A stretch of 58,887 bases of DNA. Source: Treponema sp. GTDB lineage: Bacteria > Spirochaetota > Spirochaetia > Treponematales > Treponemataceae. The translations under genes and the position numbers were made by a program. How positions within the stretch are numbered: position 1 is the first letter of the stretch; the number at the start of each line of letters is the position of its first letter. A model generated the notes under the pieces. That model was not told where the DNA came from. It searched no databases and saw nothing but the letters and a program-made list of their open reading frames with translations. The stretch spans positions 1-58,887 of the forward strand of contig JAZSJM010000037.1 in assembly GCA_045534325.1 (NCBI GenBank). Direction: 5' to 3'. Below, piece by piece: positions 1-9,878 of this stretch.

Positions 1-47
1 CTGATTGACTGATAAAATATGACTTAAACCGAACAGATTCCTCTTTT

Positions 48-85
48 TTTTACCCAATTTAAACCACCGTTTAAATTGGATAAAA
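48..85. promoter_or_regulatory. Inverted repeat over the -35 region of the pectinesterase promoter (TATAAT at 91-96)
   Basis: CCAATTTAAAC-cacc-GTTTAAATTGG, a perfect 11-bp arm extended by TTTTA/TAAAA. Confidence 0.45.
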
Positions 86-114
86 CTTTCTATAATAAAA
101 ATGGAGGAAAAATT

Positions 115-3100
115 ATGAAAAAGTTCATTAGTATGGGTGCAAAAATCCTTGCTGTTACAGCATCCATATTCCTGGCTTTTAACGTAACCGCCTGTTCTAG
201 TGACGGCGGTACAGGTGGTGGTGGCAAAGATACAAAATCTGAAACCACTCATCTCGTAAAATTCAACGCTGCATCCACTGAATTTGCAGCAGAGAACATG
301 ATTATCAAAGGCACGGCTTCAAGCGGTGGAAAGGAAGGCTACCTTGTTTTAAACCACAAAATTGATATACCGACAGAAGATGTAACAATCGAAGCCGATG
401 TTTCTTTCTCTTCTTTAAGCGGACATGTTGGTCTTGGATTTATTTCCGTTGATGGTTCTGACCGAAAGGGCTACTCCATGCTTACAGGTCAAAACATCAA
501 AAATGTAAGCGCAACTCTTGGTGGTGGCGGTAATGGGCTTACTCCTTCTGTAAGCTGGGCTGTTGGCACGACCTATCACTTTAAGGCTGCCTACACTGCC
601 GCAAACAACACAGAAAACGGTTCTTCAAACTGTATCGTTTACACGGTATATGATGCTTCTGGAACAGAGCTTGGTTCAAATACAACGCCACTTTATTACA
701 GCACAAGCGACATTGTTTATCCGGCTCTCGGTGGAACTACAGCAGAAAATGCTTCTTATTCAAACATTAAAATCAAAGTTGGTTCAACCCAGTACACAAT
801 TGATGGCCTAGATGAACAGACTGCACTTGCAGCACTTTCTGTAAGCACAGCAAGTGTTCGACTTCAGCTTAATGATGAAACAACCGTTAACTATACTTGT
901 CTTGCAGACGGTAGCAATGCTGGTATTGCTCTTGACTATGACAATACTATCCTGGAAGTAACTGACGATGAAAACGGAGCTATCACAATCAAGGGTATTG
1001 CTCCAACAACAGCTACAACAGTTAAGGTAATTAATACTAAGGCTGTATACATCACTGCTACTATCACAGTTGTTGTTGAAGATTTCAATTCAACTGATGA
1101 TTATGGGGAACTCACTTCAGTTTACCCTGCAAATGGAGCTACATCAGTATTTGAAGATGGTGAATTCAGAATCACATTTGATGATGTACCTTCTGTATCT
1201 TCAACAGGTTCAATTTCTATCTATGATGACGAAGGAAACTGGGTTGATACAATCAAGGCAAGTGATGAAACAATTGATGTACAGGCAGGAAATACTGTAA
1301 ATGTTAAGGATCAGATGATTCGTGTTGAAGGAAAATCTGTTTACTTTACTCCACATTATGGAGTTCTCAAAGCTGGAAAAACATACTTTGTAGCAATTCC
1401 TAAGGATGTAATTACAGCAACATTAAATACTAAAGCATTTGACGGGCTTGCCCTTAACAAAGATAGCCCGGCATGGTCATTTACAGTTCGTGCTGAACAT
1501 GCTGCAACTTCAACCATTACTGTTGACGGTTCTGAAAGTTCGACAGCAGATTTCCGCACTGTACACGGTGCTCTTCTTGCAATCGGAGCTTCAACAGGTG
1601 ATTACACTATCAATATCGCTCCGGGAACATACCGCGAACTTATTCACTTCAACGGTGAAGCAAATATTACTCTTGCAGGTACAGGAACTAATGCACGTGG
1701 AACTGACACTGTAATTCAATGGACTAACCTTAACAAATGGAACGGTTCAATGGATACTCGTTCAGTTGTTTATTTTGGCAACAAAGCAGGTCAGGTTGTT
1801 ATCAAAAATCTTACAATCAAAAACACTTGTGACCGTTCTGTTGTGGGAACTGCTGACACTCAGGCAGAAGCTCTCTACGATAAATCTTCTAACAAGCTTG
1901 TTGTTTATAATTCAACTCTCTTGAGTCATCAGGACACTGTTTGTACTCGCGGACCTTCTTGGTTCTATGACTGTTACATCGAAGGTGATACAGACTTTAT
2001 CTGGGGTTACTCTGATGTTGCATTGTTCGAAAAATGTGACCTCAAGTGTCTCCTTGATTCTGCAAAAGCTGCTTCTTCTACAGCAGACATATTGTTTGTT
2101 TCTCGCTGTGGAACTAAATCAAAGGCAAAACTTGGAAAGGGCTATGTTCTTCTTAACTCAACAGTAACTGTTGAAGATGGAGTAACCTGCTACCTCGGAC
2201 GCAATGCTGGATCTGGTGACTTCTACGATCAGATTGCAGTAGTAAATACAGCATTCGCAAAAGAAGGAGTCGGTTCGGTTTCAACTGACCTCTGGAGCGG
2301 TGCTAAGACTTATGATTATATCGACGGAAAAGAAGACAAGGTTGGTCTTAAGATTTACAATCTGACAGGCGATATTGATGTGTCAAAGAAAATTGACCAC
2401 ATCGGAACAATCTCTGCCGCTGACTATGCACTTGAATTCAACGGACGCCGAACAATTCTTAACCGCGTATATGTTGTAGATGATGACGCTTATGCCGCAG
2501 GTTCAAAATGGGACGAAACAGAACTTACAGCATGGGAAACAGATGCTAACGCTGTAGCAGATGAATCTAAGGATAATGATTATGGTGAAGAAACACCTAC
2601 AGCTTGGATGGTTGAAACTGCCGCAGACGGTACTTTCACTGATGGCGACTTAAATGTTATTGTCAGTGGAACAAATGCTAACAATCATGGTGCAGAAGTA
2701 AAGGCAACTGGTACATCAAGCGTAACAATTACAATTCCTAAAGGTTCGTACATTCTTGTTGCAGGAACATGTAAGTATGGTAATGCTGAAAAGCCATATA
2801 CATTGACATGTTCAAATGAGGACTTTAAATATGAATTTATCGGAACTCACACTTACTCAACCGAAGATTGTTACAATCCTGGAAGTTCAAGAACTGACCT
2901 TTATGGGGATATCTTCATTGTAAAATCAGACAGCACAATGGCAATTTCTTTGAACAGTGATGGTGTAAAAGAATATTTACCTTTCATCAAACTTGTTAAA
3001 GAGCCAAAATATTTTGTTGAGACTGCTGATAACGGTACATTTACAGACGATGAGATGAGCGTCGTTATCAGTGGTGGTAATGCAAACGGCCACGGTGTCG

Positions 3101-3423
3101 AAGTAAAGAGTTCTGGACTTACATCCGTTAAAGTAACATTGCCTGCAGGCTCATATATTTTTGTCGCAGGTACATGTAAATACGGAACAGCAGATACAAC
3201 TGAAACAGTTAATAATTACACTTTAACATGTGCAAATACAGATTTTACTCAGGAATATGTAGGAACTCATGCTTATGAATCAGAAGACTGCTATAACCCT
3301 GGCAGCTCAAGAACTGACTTGTTTGGCGATTATTACTACATTAAATCTGCAAGTGCAATGGAAATTACAGTGCAGAGCAATGCTGTAAAAGAGTATCTTC
3401 CATTTATCGGCGCAATAAAATAA
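115..3423 (+). CDS. Multidomain lipoprotein pectin methylesterase (CE8) with Ig-like/Big_5 domain and two C-terminal repeats
   Basis: GGAGG RBS at 103-107 before ATG 115 (preferred over TTG 76); lipobox VTAC; CE8 motifs QAEAL, SHQDT, IEGDTDFIWG, YLGR; Big_5-like YPANGAT...FRITFD. Confidence 0.85.
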   Translation: MKKFISMGAKILAVTASIFLAFNVTACSSDGGTGGGGKDTKSETTHLVKFNAASTEFAAENMIIKGTASSGGKEGYLVLNHKIDIPTEDVTIEADVSFSSLSGHVGLGFISVDGSDRKGYSMLTGQNIKNVSATLGGGGNGLTPSVSWAVGTTYHFKAAYTAANNTENGSSNCIVYTVYDASGTELGSNTTPLYYSTSDIVYPALGGTTAENASYSNIKIKVGSTQYTIDGLDEQTALAALSVSTASVRLQLNDETTVNYTCLADGSNAGIALDYDNTILEVTDDENGAITIKGIAPTTATTVKVINTKAVYITATITVVVEDFNSTDDYGELTSVYPANGATSVFEDGEFRITFDDVPSVSSTGSISIYDDEGNWVDTIKASDETIDVQAGNTVNVKDQMIRVEGKSVYFTPHYGVLKAGKTYFVAIPKDVITATLNTKAFDGLALNKDSPAWSFTVRAEHAATSTITVDGSESSTADFRTVHGALLAIGASTGDYTINIAPGTYRELIHFNGEANITLAGTGTNARGTDTVIQWTNLNKWNGSMDTRSVVYFGNKAGQVVIKNLTIKNTCDRSVVGTADTQAEALYDKSSNKLVVYNSTLLSHQDTVCTRGPSWFYDCYIEGDTDFIWGYSDVALFEKCDLKCLLDSAKAASSTADILFVSRCGTKSKAKLGKGYVLLNSTVTVEDGVTCYLGRNAGSGDFYDQIAVVNTAFAKEGVGSVSTDLWSGAKTYDYIDGKEDKVGLKIYNLTGDIDVSKKIDHIGTISAADYALEFNGRRTILNRVYVVDDDAYAAGSKWDETELTAWETDANAVADESKDNDYGEETPTAWMVETAADGTFTDGDLNVIVSGTNANNHGAEVKATGTSSVTITIPKGSYILVAGTCKYGNAEKPYTLTCSNEDFKYEFIGTHTYSTEDCYNPGSSRTDLYGDIFIVKSDSTMAISLNSDGVKEYLPFIKLVKEPKYFVETADNGTFTDDEMSVVISGGNANGHGVEVKSSGLTSVKVTLPAGSYIFVAGTCKYGTADTTETVNNYTLTCANTDFTQEYVGTHAYESEDCYNPGSSRTDLFGDYYYIKSASAMEITVQSNAVKEYLPFIGAIK
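2605..3420 (+). repeat. Two tandem ~135-aa domains at the C-terminus of pectinesterase 1
   Basis: 2605-3003 and 3010-3420 share VETA.GTFTD, NxHG, VAGTCKYG, EDCYNPGSSRTDL, KEYLPFI. Confidence 0.9.
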
Positions 3424-3463
3424 CTTTGCCGAAAAGACATTATTAGGCGTAAGCCGACTTTCA

Positions 3464-3500
3464 GCCGTGTGGCAACAGTTCTGCCACACGGCATTTTTTT
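3464..3500 (+). terminator. Rho-independent terminator
   Basis: GCCGTGTGGCA/TGCCACACGGC stem followed by T7. Confidence 0.85.
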
Positions 3501-3575
3501 CCCCATATCATGTTTTGCGGTGCAGGGAATTTTTGTTTATATTGACTTTTAGGTGAATTGTAGTACGATTTAATT

Positions 3576-3827
3576 ATACCAAAAGTCTTTGTGTATGATG
3601 GCTATAGGTTTTTCTTTTTCTCAAATGAGGGGTGTCCCTTAGAACCATGTCATATACATGTTAGAAAGGGGGAAAAGCTGGCTAAATTTTGGGTAGGAGA
3701 TACAGTATCTCTAGCTGATAATATTGGCTTTTCTGCAAATGAACTTAGCGATTTGTGTAAAATTGCGAATGATAATAAAAATAAAATCAAGGAGGCCTGG
3801 AATGAATTTTTCAAAGGAAACAGCTAA
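3576..3827 (+). CDS. DUF4160-family protein (putative toxin-antitoxin component)
   Basis: PKVFVYDGYRFFFFSNE..EPCHIHVRKG..AKFW; the natural N-terminus starts at ATA 3576, the first canonical start is GTG 3591. Confidence 0.75.
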   Translation: MPKVFVYDGYRFFFFSNEGCPLEPCHIHVRKGEKLAKFWVGDTVSLADNIGFSANELSDLCKIANDNKNKIKEAWNEFFKGNS

Positions 3828-4065
3828 AGCAAATAAAGTTTGGTTTGATAATGACAATCTTTGGATTTCGCTTGTGGATGGTCGCCAACTTTCTGTTCCT
3901 AAATCTTTTTTTCCTCCATTTATGACTGCTACAGAATCGCAACTTTCTCAATATGAGTTAAGTGGTGGTGGAATAGGTATTCATTGGGATTCATTGGACG
4001 AAGATTTATATGTACCGAATCTTTTGATTTCTACGAATCAACAATCAGAAACTAAATATGCTTAA
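3802..4065 (+). CDS. DUF2442-family protein (putative antitoxin partner)
   Basis: GGAGG at 3791 then ATG 3802; V.FD...LW..L.DGR.L.VP...GIHW.SLDEDL pattern; overlaps the DUF4160 gene. Confidence 0.8.
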   Translation: MNFSKETAKANKVWFDNDNLWISLVDGRQLSVPKSFFPPFMTATESQLSQYELSGGGIGIHWDSLDEDLYVPNLLISTNQQSETKYA

Positions 4066-4080
4066 TATATGCACAACACT

Positions 4081-4128
4081 TTCCCCCGCCTTGCAGGCAG
4101 ACCCCCTGCGGTGCGGGGAATTTTTTTT
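4081..4128 (+). terminator. Rho-independent terminator after the TA-like pair
   Basis: TTCCCCCGC...GCGGGGAA stem followed by T8. Confidence 0.7.
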
Positions 4129-4129
4129 A

Positions 4130-4222
4130 GGCCCCGACCTGGCGCCCCGTAGTCGACCGCAGGAGCGTAAGCGACGAGGACGATGAGCGGCTAGCGAAGG
4201 GCAGAAGGGCGGATAAGGCCCC
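4130..4222 (+). repeat. Structured intergenic repeat copy E1 (Flavo-1/REP-like)
   Basis: Core AGTCGACCGCAGGAGCGT..GCGACGAGGACGAT nearly identical to copy E4 (24370-24530, minus strand). Confidence 0.8.
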
Positions 4223-4355
4223 CGTATAAAAAACTTCAATTAATTTTTTTATTTTCTTTTTTTTTACTACAACTTTTTTGTATTTAAATGATAAAATAAT
4301 GTATTCATAATTTGCTCATTTTTTGGGCGTCTTATGAAAAACTGGAGGAATTTTT

Positions 4356-6665
4356 ATGTTAAAAAAAATGATGGGAGTTGTTTTGGCATGCACTACAATT
4401 TTTGCTGCAAGTGCTTCCCCAAAAGTAACTCTAAAGGGCCCAGGGGCAGACAATGTGTCTTTTGATACAATTCAGGCTGCAATTGATTCTATTAAAGAAA
4501 AGGGAGAATACACTATCTCTCTTCCAAAAGGAACTTATCAAGAAGTTCTTTATTACAATGGTCCAGCAACAATCAAACTTTCGGGACAAACTTCTGCAAA
4601 ATACGGAAGCGATGTAATCATCTACGAATGTAACGACGGAGACATCTGCTTAAACAAGCGTGCAAGCAGTGCGCAAAAACAAAGATGTATCATCGAATTT
4701 GAAGGCGACAGTAACCTTATTTTAGAAAATCTTACCGTAAAAAATACTTTTGAGCGCGGTTCTATCAAAGGTTCAAACACTCAGGCAGAAACTGTGGGTT
4801 ATGATGGTACAGGATTTGTTGCAGCATACAACTGTTCATTCTTAAGTCATCAGGATACCCTGCGCACAACAGGAAAAACATGGTTCTACAAATGTTATGT
4901 AGAAGGCGACACAGACTTTATCTGGATGGAAGTAACAGGAAAAGTAGCTCTTTTTGAAGAATGTGAAATTAATGCAGTTTACGATGAAAAACACACTACA
5001 AAAATTGCCTATGTCGGTGCACCACGCATGACAATTGCACCTACAGCAGGTAAAGGTCTTGTAATCTATAACTCAAAAATCATTACAGATCCTAAACAGC
5101 AGACATATTTTGGCCGAACTCCTTGGAGAAGCGGTTATTATAATCAAATTGCTTACATCAACACAAAAGCAAGTGGAATCGAAAAAGAAATTTGGTCGGG
5201 TACACCGCTTTTAGCCCCAGGCGTTCCAGAAAATATAATCGGCTGGAAAATGGATTCTAAAACAGCAAAAAATCTTAAACTCGACACAAAAACTCGTAAA
5301 GATATAGTCAGTGATTCTGATGTAAAAGTTGAATTTAACGGACGCGATGCAATCGTAAACCGCTATTTTGACATTTTGAGTAATTGCTATCGTGCTGATA
5401 CAGATACATACTGGAATCTCAACTCTCTTGCAGAAAAATCAGGCTGGAAAGTTTCTAAAGACAAATCTAATGCAGTACAAAAGGCTGACAATGAAAACAA
5501 AAAAATCGTTTATAATCTAGACGGTTCAAGTGATGTATCTTCTTTCAAACTTAACGGATTTAATAAAGAAGAAGGAAAACCTCATTTTCATGGGGATGCA
5601 GGAAGTTCACTTACAATTCCTGCTGTTGGTAAAGCAATTGTTAAAGTAACAGGTTATTACACAGGAAACGGAACTATCAAAGCCGGCACTCAGGGCGAAG
5701 TTGTTTACGACTTTAACACTGCTGCAACTGACACTTTTGCAACTAAATATTATGTTATCTATCAGGATAAGGCTGATTTAACAATCACTGCTGATTCTTC
5801 ATCTTATATTACACAGATTGTCATATTAAAAGATGACAGACTTACTTTTAGACCTGTAAATGCTATTCAGGTAAATACATACAAAAACCGCAAAGAAGTT
5901 CAGGGTAAAAAGACAATGCAGATGAGTGCAATCCTTAATCCTGAAAACCCTACAAACGACCAGTATGTATGGTCAGTTTCTGATCCAAACGCAGCAGAAA
6001 TCGATGCAAACGGATTCTTAACTGCAAAAGCTGTAAAAGAAGATACAGTTATAAAAGTAATTGCAACTTCCCGCGATGAAAAAAAAGTAAGCGGCTCACG
6101 CGACCTTAAAATCAAAAAACCAGAAGAAGGTGCATTTACAGTAACTTACCTTAACTCTGAAGCAGCATCTTCATCCCTCGAAGGTACAGCAGACGAAGCA
6201 GTAATTACAGCGCTTAAGGCAATTCCTTCAAAAGGAACATGGAAATTTAATTCTTCTAAGATAACATCTGATGTTGCAAAAGGTGCTTTATCATTCTCTA
6301 ATTACTCAGGCGAAATTATTGGACGCGACAAGGTTTACATTGACTTTCCAATCAAGGCAAACGAAAATATCGAAATCACAAATATCGAAGTTGCGTTCGG
6401 AAATCATGGAACAAGCAACATGGCCTGCCAGATTATGTGGTTAAAAGGAAATGATAAAGGCTCAATTGCAGATGACATTGACCGCCAGGTTCGCAGCACT
6501 AAAAAAAGCTACAGAGTATATCCTACTGTAAAGGCAAACAAAGGCGACACACTTACAATTCGTGTTATTCTTTACGGACTTAACGGTACAGGTGATATCC
6601 CAATTCCAACAGGAAAAGCACCTACGATCGGTACAGTTATCGTAAGTGGACGTGCTGTAAAATAA
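4356..6665 (+). CDS. Secreted pectin methylesterase (CE8) with CBM-like and Big_2 domains
   Basis: Signal peptide; QAET, SHQDTL, VEGDTDFIW, YFGRTPW; Big_2 P.N.T...VWSVSD..A.ID.NG.LTA. Confidence 0.85.
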   Translation: MLKKMMGVVLACTTIFAASASPKVTLKGPGADNVSFDTIQAAIDSIKEKGEYTISLPKGTYQEVLYYNGPATIKLSGQTSAKYGSDVIIYECNDGDICLNKRASSAQKQRCIIEFEGDSNLILENLTVKNTFERGSIKGSNTQAETVGYDGTGFVAAYNCSFLSHQDTLRTTGKTWFYKCYVEGDTDFIWMEVTGKVALFEECEINAVYDEKHTTKIAYVGAPRMTIAPTAGKGLVIYNSKIITDPKQQTYFGRTPWRSGYYNQIAYINTKASGIEKEIWSGTPLLAPGVPENIIGWKMDSKTAKNLKLDTKTRKDIVSDSDVKVEFNGRDAIVNRYFDILSNCYRADTDTYWNLNSLAEKSGWKVSKDKSNAVQKADNENKKIVYNLDGSSDVSSFKLNGFNKEEGKPHFHGDAGSSLTIPAVGKAIVKVTGYYTGNGTIKAGTQGEVVYDFNTAATDTFATKYYVIYQDKADLTITADSSSYITQIVILKDDRLTFRPVNAIQVNTYKNRKEVQGKKTMQMSAILNPENPTNDQYVWSVSDPNAAEIDANGFLTAKAVKEDTVIKVIATSRDEKKVSGSRDLKIKKPEEGAFTVTYLNSEAASSSLEGTADEAVITALKAIPSKGTWKFNSSKITSDVAKGALSFSNYSGEIIGRDKVYIDFPIKANENIEITNIEVAFGNHGTSNMACQIMWLKGNDKGSIADDIDRQVRSTKKSYRVYPTVKANKGDTLTIRVILYGLNGTGDIPIPTGKAPTIGTVIVSGRAVK

Positions 6666-6680
6666 TAAGAAGCACAATTT

Positions 6681-6763
6681 GCCGTCTCGACCGGCTTTTG
6701 CTGCAAGTCCTCGCCATGCCCGCAAAAGGGGCATGGCTGTGGTCTTTCCGCGACAATCCGGGC
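6681..6763 (-). repeat. Structured repeat copy E2
   Basis: Minus strand GCC-CGGATTGTCGC...ACCACAG-hairpin-CGAGGA...GCAAAAGCCG..GGC. Confidence 0.7.
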
Positions 6764-6785
6764 TAGGATTTATTGAGACAGGAAC

Positions 6786-6819
6786 AAAAAAAGGCTTCAC
6801 TGAGTGAAGCCTTTTTTTT
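6786..6819. terminator. Bidirectional terminator between convergent genes
   Basis: A7-GGCTTCAC-tga-GTGAAGCC-T8. Confidence 0.9.
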
Positions 6820-6833
6820 ATTAAAAATAATTA

Positions 6834-7436
6834 TTAGATACTATCTAACAGATAGTTAGCAATGATTTTTTTCCATGAAAACGAATTTTTTATGTTTTCC
6901 CAATTTACCGCATTTGAGGATGCACCAGCACCTGTGAGACATTCTGGAGCTCCACTAAGTTTTTTAAATCCTTCTTCATCTTTAGCTTTAGCTTTTGCAG
7001 CCTGATAAAAAATGCCCCATTTAACTCTATTCATAGAACCTACTTTAGAAATAATCGAAGATGTTTGTTCATCAGAAATACCATCACCTGTATCATCCTC
7101 ATCAAAAGAAAAATCTTCACCATTAGCCCATGTTTTTACAGTGTATTTTCCATTTGTTAATCCAGCAACAGTAGAATTTGAATATGTTGTTACTACAACT
7201 GTTAATCCTGCTGGAGCAGTATAGTTCGTTGTTCCTGAAAAAGTTTTTTCTGTATCATTCCAATAGTAATAAACATATAAAGTTGAAGAAGAATCATTTG
7301 AAGAATAGTCTGTAGTTGTCTGATACCATGTTCCGCTCGGTGCAAGAATTTCTTCAAGTTCTTCATCACATCCTGTAAACATAAATCCACTCAACAATAC
7401 CAAAAGTGCTGAGATAAGTGTCATTAATTTTTTCAT
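6834..7436 (-). CDS. Hypothetical lipoprotein
   Basis: MKK, hydrophobic stretch, FTGC lipobox; GAGGAG RBS. Confidence 0.75.
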   Translation of the reverse strand: MKKLMTLISALLVLLSGFMFTGCDEELEEILAPSGTWYQTTTDYSSNDSSSTLYVYYYWNDTEKTFSGTTNYTAPAGLTVVVTTYSNSTVAGLTNGKYTVKTWANGEDFSFDEDDTGDGISDEQTSSIISKVGSMNRVKWGIFYQAAKAKAKDEEGFKKLSGAPECLTGAGASSNAVNWENIKNSFSWKKIIANYLLDSI

Positions 7437-7679
7437 TTGTTATTTTTCTCCTCAATTTATAGGCAGTATTAAAAAAATTATAACACACGCTTTTAAAATT
7501 TCTATAGAAAAAATTGTAATAAGAACAAATTGGTTTTTAGCAAAATATAACAACAAAATTCCACAATGCAAAATAGAATTTTTTGATTTTACCAAAAACA
7601 CCCTTATCATTAAATTTTTCTTAAAAATGTGCTTTTTATCTTCTAAAAAATGCTCAATTAATGCTATAATGACTTTACT

Positions 7680-9872
7680 ATGAATCAGGGAATTGCTAAA
7701 CGACGTGCTTTTTTATCACAACGAAAAAATCAGGGAAACCGCGTAACAATCGGTTTTACCGGTATTGCAGACTTCCGCTCGTTTATTGGTCAGGAATATA
7801 TTGCCGGCATGATGAAGGCTGCCGCAGACTACGACCTGAACTTTATTAATTTTGCAGGAGCAATAAAATATTCACTTTTTGATGATATAGATTTCATTTC
7901 TCACTATTTAAAAAACTTTCGTTTTATGAAGTCTCCCCTTGTGGACGGGCTTGTTACCTGGGCCTCTTCTTTGTGTTCATTTTTAGACAATAAAACTGTT
8001 ATCAACACATTTAATGCACTCAAACCACTACCAATGGTCGATATAGGATATCTCGACATAGACGGCATTCCATGTATACGCATAGATAATACTTCTTCTA
8101 TTGCGCTTATTATGGATCATCTGATTAACACACACAAATACCGTCATTTCGTTTTTATAGGCTCAAAAATATCAGAACCGCATATCCGCCGTCTTGAAGC
8201 ATATCAGACAGAATTAAAAAAATACGGAATTTCAGAACTGCCAAATTCAACGTACATGACAAAGACAATGGATTCCATCGATATTGCTATGGCAGTTAAT
8301 CAATTATGTTCGGCTTATAATTTAAAAGACCATTCAGAAATTGACTGTATCATTACAACATCTGATATTATTGCTGAAATTGTTATTGAAGAATTAGATA
8401 AACGCGGCATAAATGTACCAAAAGATGTTTCTATAACAGGATTTAACAATCAGTACAATGGAATTACAGCCCGTTCACCTGTTACAACAATGGATCTTGA
8501 ATACTTTAAACGAGGATATGCAGCAGTTGAGCTTTTAATCGACCGCATTATGAACCCGGAAGTAAAATACGAAACACGCCTCGTTCCTACTTCTCTATTA
8601 ATACGACAATCCTGCGGATGCTTTGAAGAAAATATTGTTGATGCTGGCTCAACTGTGCAAAATCTAAATATCTCACCTATCAGCCCGAATTCCTCAGAAG
8701 AAGAAGTTCGCAATTATCTTTTTTTACAAGCAAGAAATATTTTTCCACAGCAGACAGAAACAGAAATAACCGAGCTTGTAGATTCAGTTTTTAATGACAT
8801 TTACGAGCAGAACTCTCCAAGTTCTATGCTAAGATGGTTCCAAAGACTTTTACAGAACATCAGAAAAGACTCAACTCTTGTAAATAGTGAACTTCAGCAG
8901 AATATAACTAACCTTCGTAAAGTTATTTTGCCAATGGTCAGGGATGATGAAGAACAATTCACTCATATCGAAAATGTCTTTCATCAGCTTCGCTCGCTGG
9001 TTTCTGTATTTATTGAATACGATACCCTTTCAACGAGAGAAAACTCTTATTTAATGAACAATATGTCCCAGATTGCAATGAATTTTGCAAGTGCCACAAC
9101 AGGCAAGCAGATTCAGGATGTATTGCGCTATCAGCTTTCTGAGATGGAAATTCCTGGAATCATCCTTTGTCTGTCAGATAATATGACCTTAGATCTAAGT
9201 TCCTCTAATATAGAGCTGATTCTTCCAGAGCCACCAATGGATATTAAAGAAAAACTTCCTTTCAAAGTTTATGACCCGACATGTATTCCAAAGAGTTTTT
9301 TCCCGCAAGGAAGACGGTACTCTTTAATGCTTGAAATCCTGTATCATGCAGACAGATACTTCGGATATTCTTTCCTAGAAATCGGAACTCAAAATATTTC
9401 TGTTTACGATACTGTTCGAATGCTTTTAAGCAATGCACTTCATGCAGTTTATATGAAAGAAGGCCGAACAAAAGAACACTCAATGTTGCTGTCTGGAGAA
9501 CAGCTTGTTGGAATTCTTCATCTTCCGTCAGACAATACACAAGAAAACAAAAACGGAATTACTGTTCGTCAGATTACAAACTACCTTGTTGAACACTTAA
9601 ACGAAATGACCAATCTCGACAAAATGGCCGACGAGTTAATGGTAAGTAAATCTCATCTTGTTCGTCGTGCAAAAGAGCTGACTGGATTTACAATTCAGAC
9701 CCTGCACGAAAAACTAAAAATTGAGCAGGCAAAAAACCTTTTACAGGTTGAATCCATCAAATTATCTGAGATTGCAAACAGGCTGGGCTTTCAAAATCAA
9801 AATTACTTCAGTTCTGTTTTCAAAAAGAATACAGGTATGTCGCCACGTGCATGGTCCCATAGATACCGCTAA
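7680..9872 (+). CDS. Hybrid regulator: LacI-type sugar-binding domain plus C-terminal AraC HTH
   Basis: GINVPKDVSITGFNN..VTTM..LLIRQSCGC (LacI effector fold); C-terminal IEQAKNLL..LSEIANRLGFQNQNYFSSVFKKNTGMSP (AraC). Confidence 0.85.
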   Translation: MNQGIAKRRAFLSQRKNQGNRVTIGFTGIADFRSFIGQEYIAGMMKAAADYDLNFINFAGAIKYSLFDDIDFISHYLKNFRFMKSPLVDGLVTWASSLCSFLDNKTVINTFNALKPLPMVDIGYLDIDGIPCIRIDNTSSIALIMDHLINTHKYRHFVFIGSKISEPHIRRLEAYQTELKKYGISELPNSTYMTKTMDSIDIAMAVNQLCSAYNLKDHSEIDCIITTSDIIAEIVIEELDKRGINVPKDVSITGFNNQYNGITARSPVTTMDLEYFKRGYAAVELLIDRIMNPEVKYETRLVPTSLLIRQSCGCFEENIVDAGSTVQNLNISPISPNSSEEEVRNYLFLQARNIFPQQTETEITELVDSVFNDIYEQNSPSSMLRWFQRLLQNIRKDSTLVNSELQQNITNLRKVILPMVRDDEEQFTHIENVFHQLRSLVSVFIEYDTLSTRENSYLMNNMSQIAMNFASATTGKQIQDVLRYQLSEMEIPGIILCLSDNMTLDLSSSNIELILPEPPMDIKEKLPFKVYDPTCIPKSFFPQGRRYSLMLEILYHADRYFGYSFLEIGTQNISVYDTVRMLLSNALHAVYMKEGRTKEHSMLLSGEQLVGILHLPSDNTQENKNGITVRQITNYLVEHLNEMTNLDKMADELMVSKSHLVRRAKELTGFTIQTLHEKLKIEQAKNLLQVESIKLSEIANRLGFQNQNYFSSVFKKNTGMSPRAWSHRYR

Positions 9873-9878
9873 ATTCGC

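Noticed and set aside
4178-4202. Hammerhead-like core (CGATGA-GC..GC-GAAG) in repeat E1
   Set aside because: It lacks the exact CUGAnGA and GAAA, and sister copy E4 reads CGATAA..GCAG, so the catalytic residues are not conserved.
4045-4239. Short ORFs over GC-rich intergenic DNA (also 6462-6800, 18876-19082, 36972-37169, 42988-43263)
   Set aside because: These are open frames caused by the GC-rich structured repeats or by antisense to real genes; they have no RBS or protein-like composition.
4243-4265. Poly-T tracts upstream of pectinesterase 2 as a phase-variation switch
   Set aside because: T/A runs of this length are common throughout this AT-rich window, and I cannot place this one within a promoter spacer.
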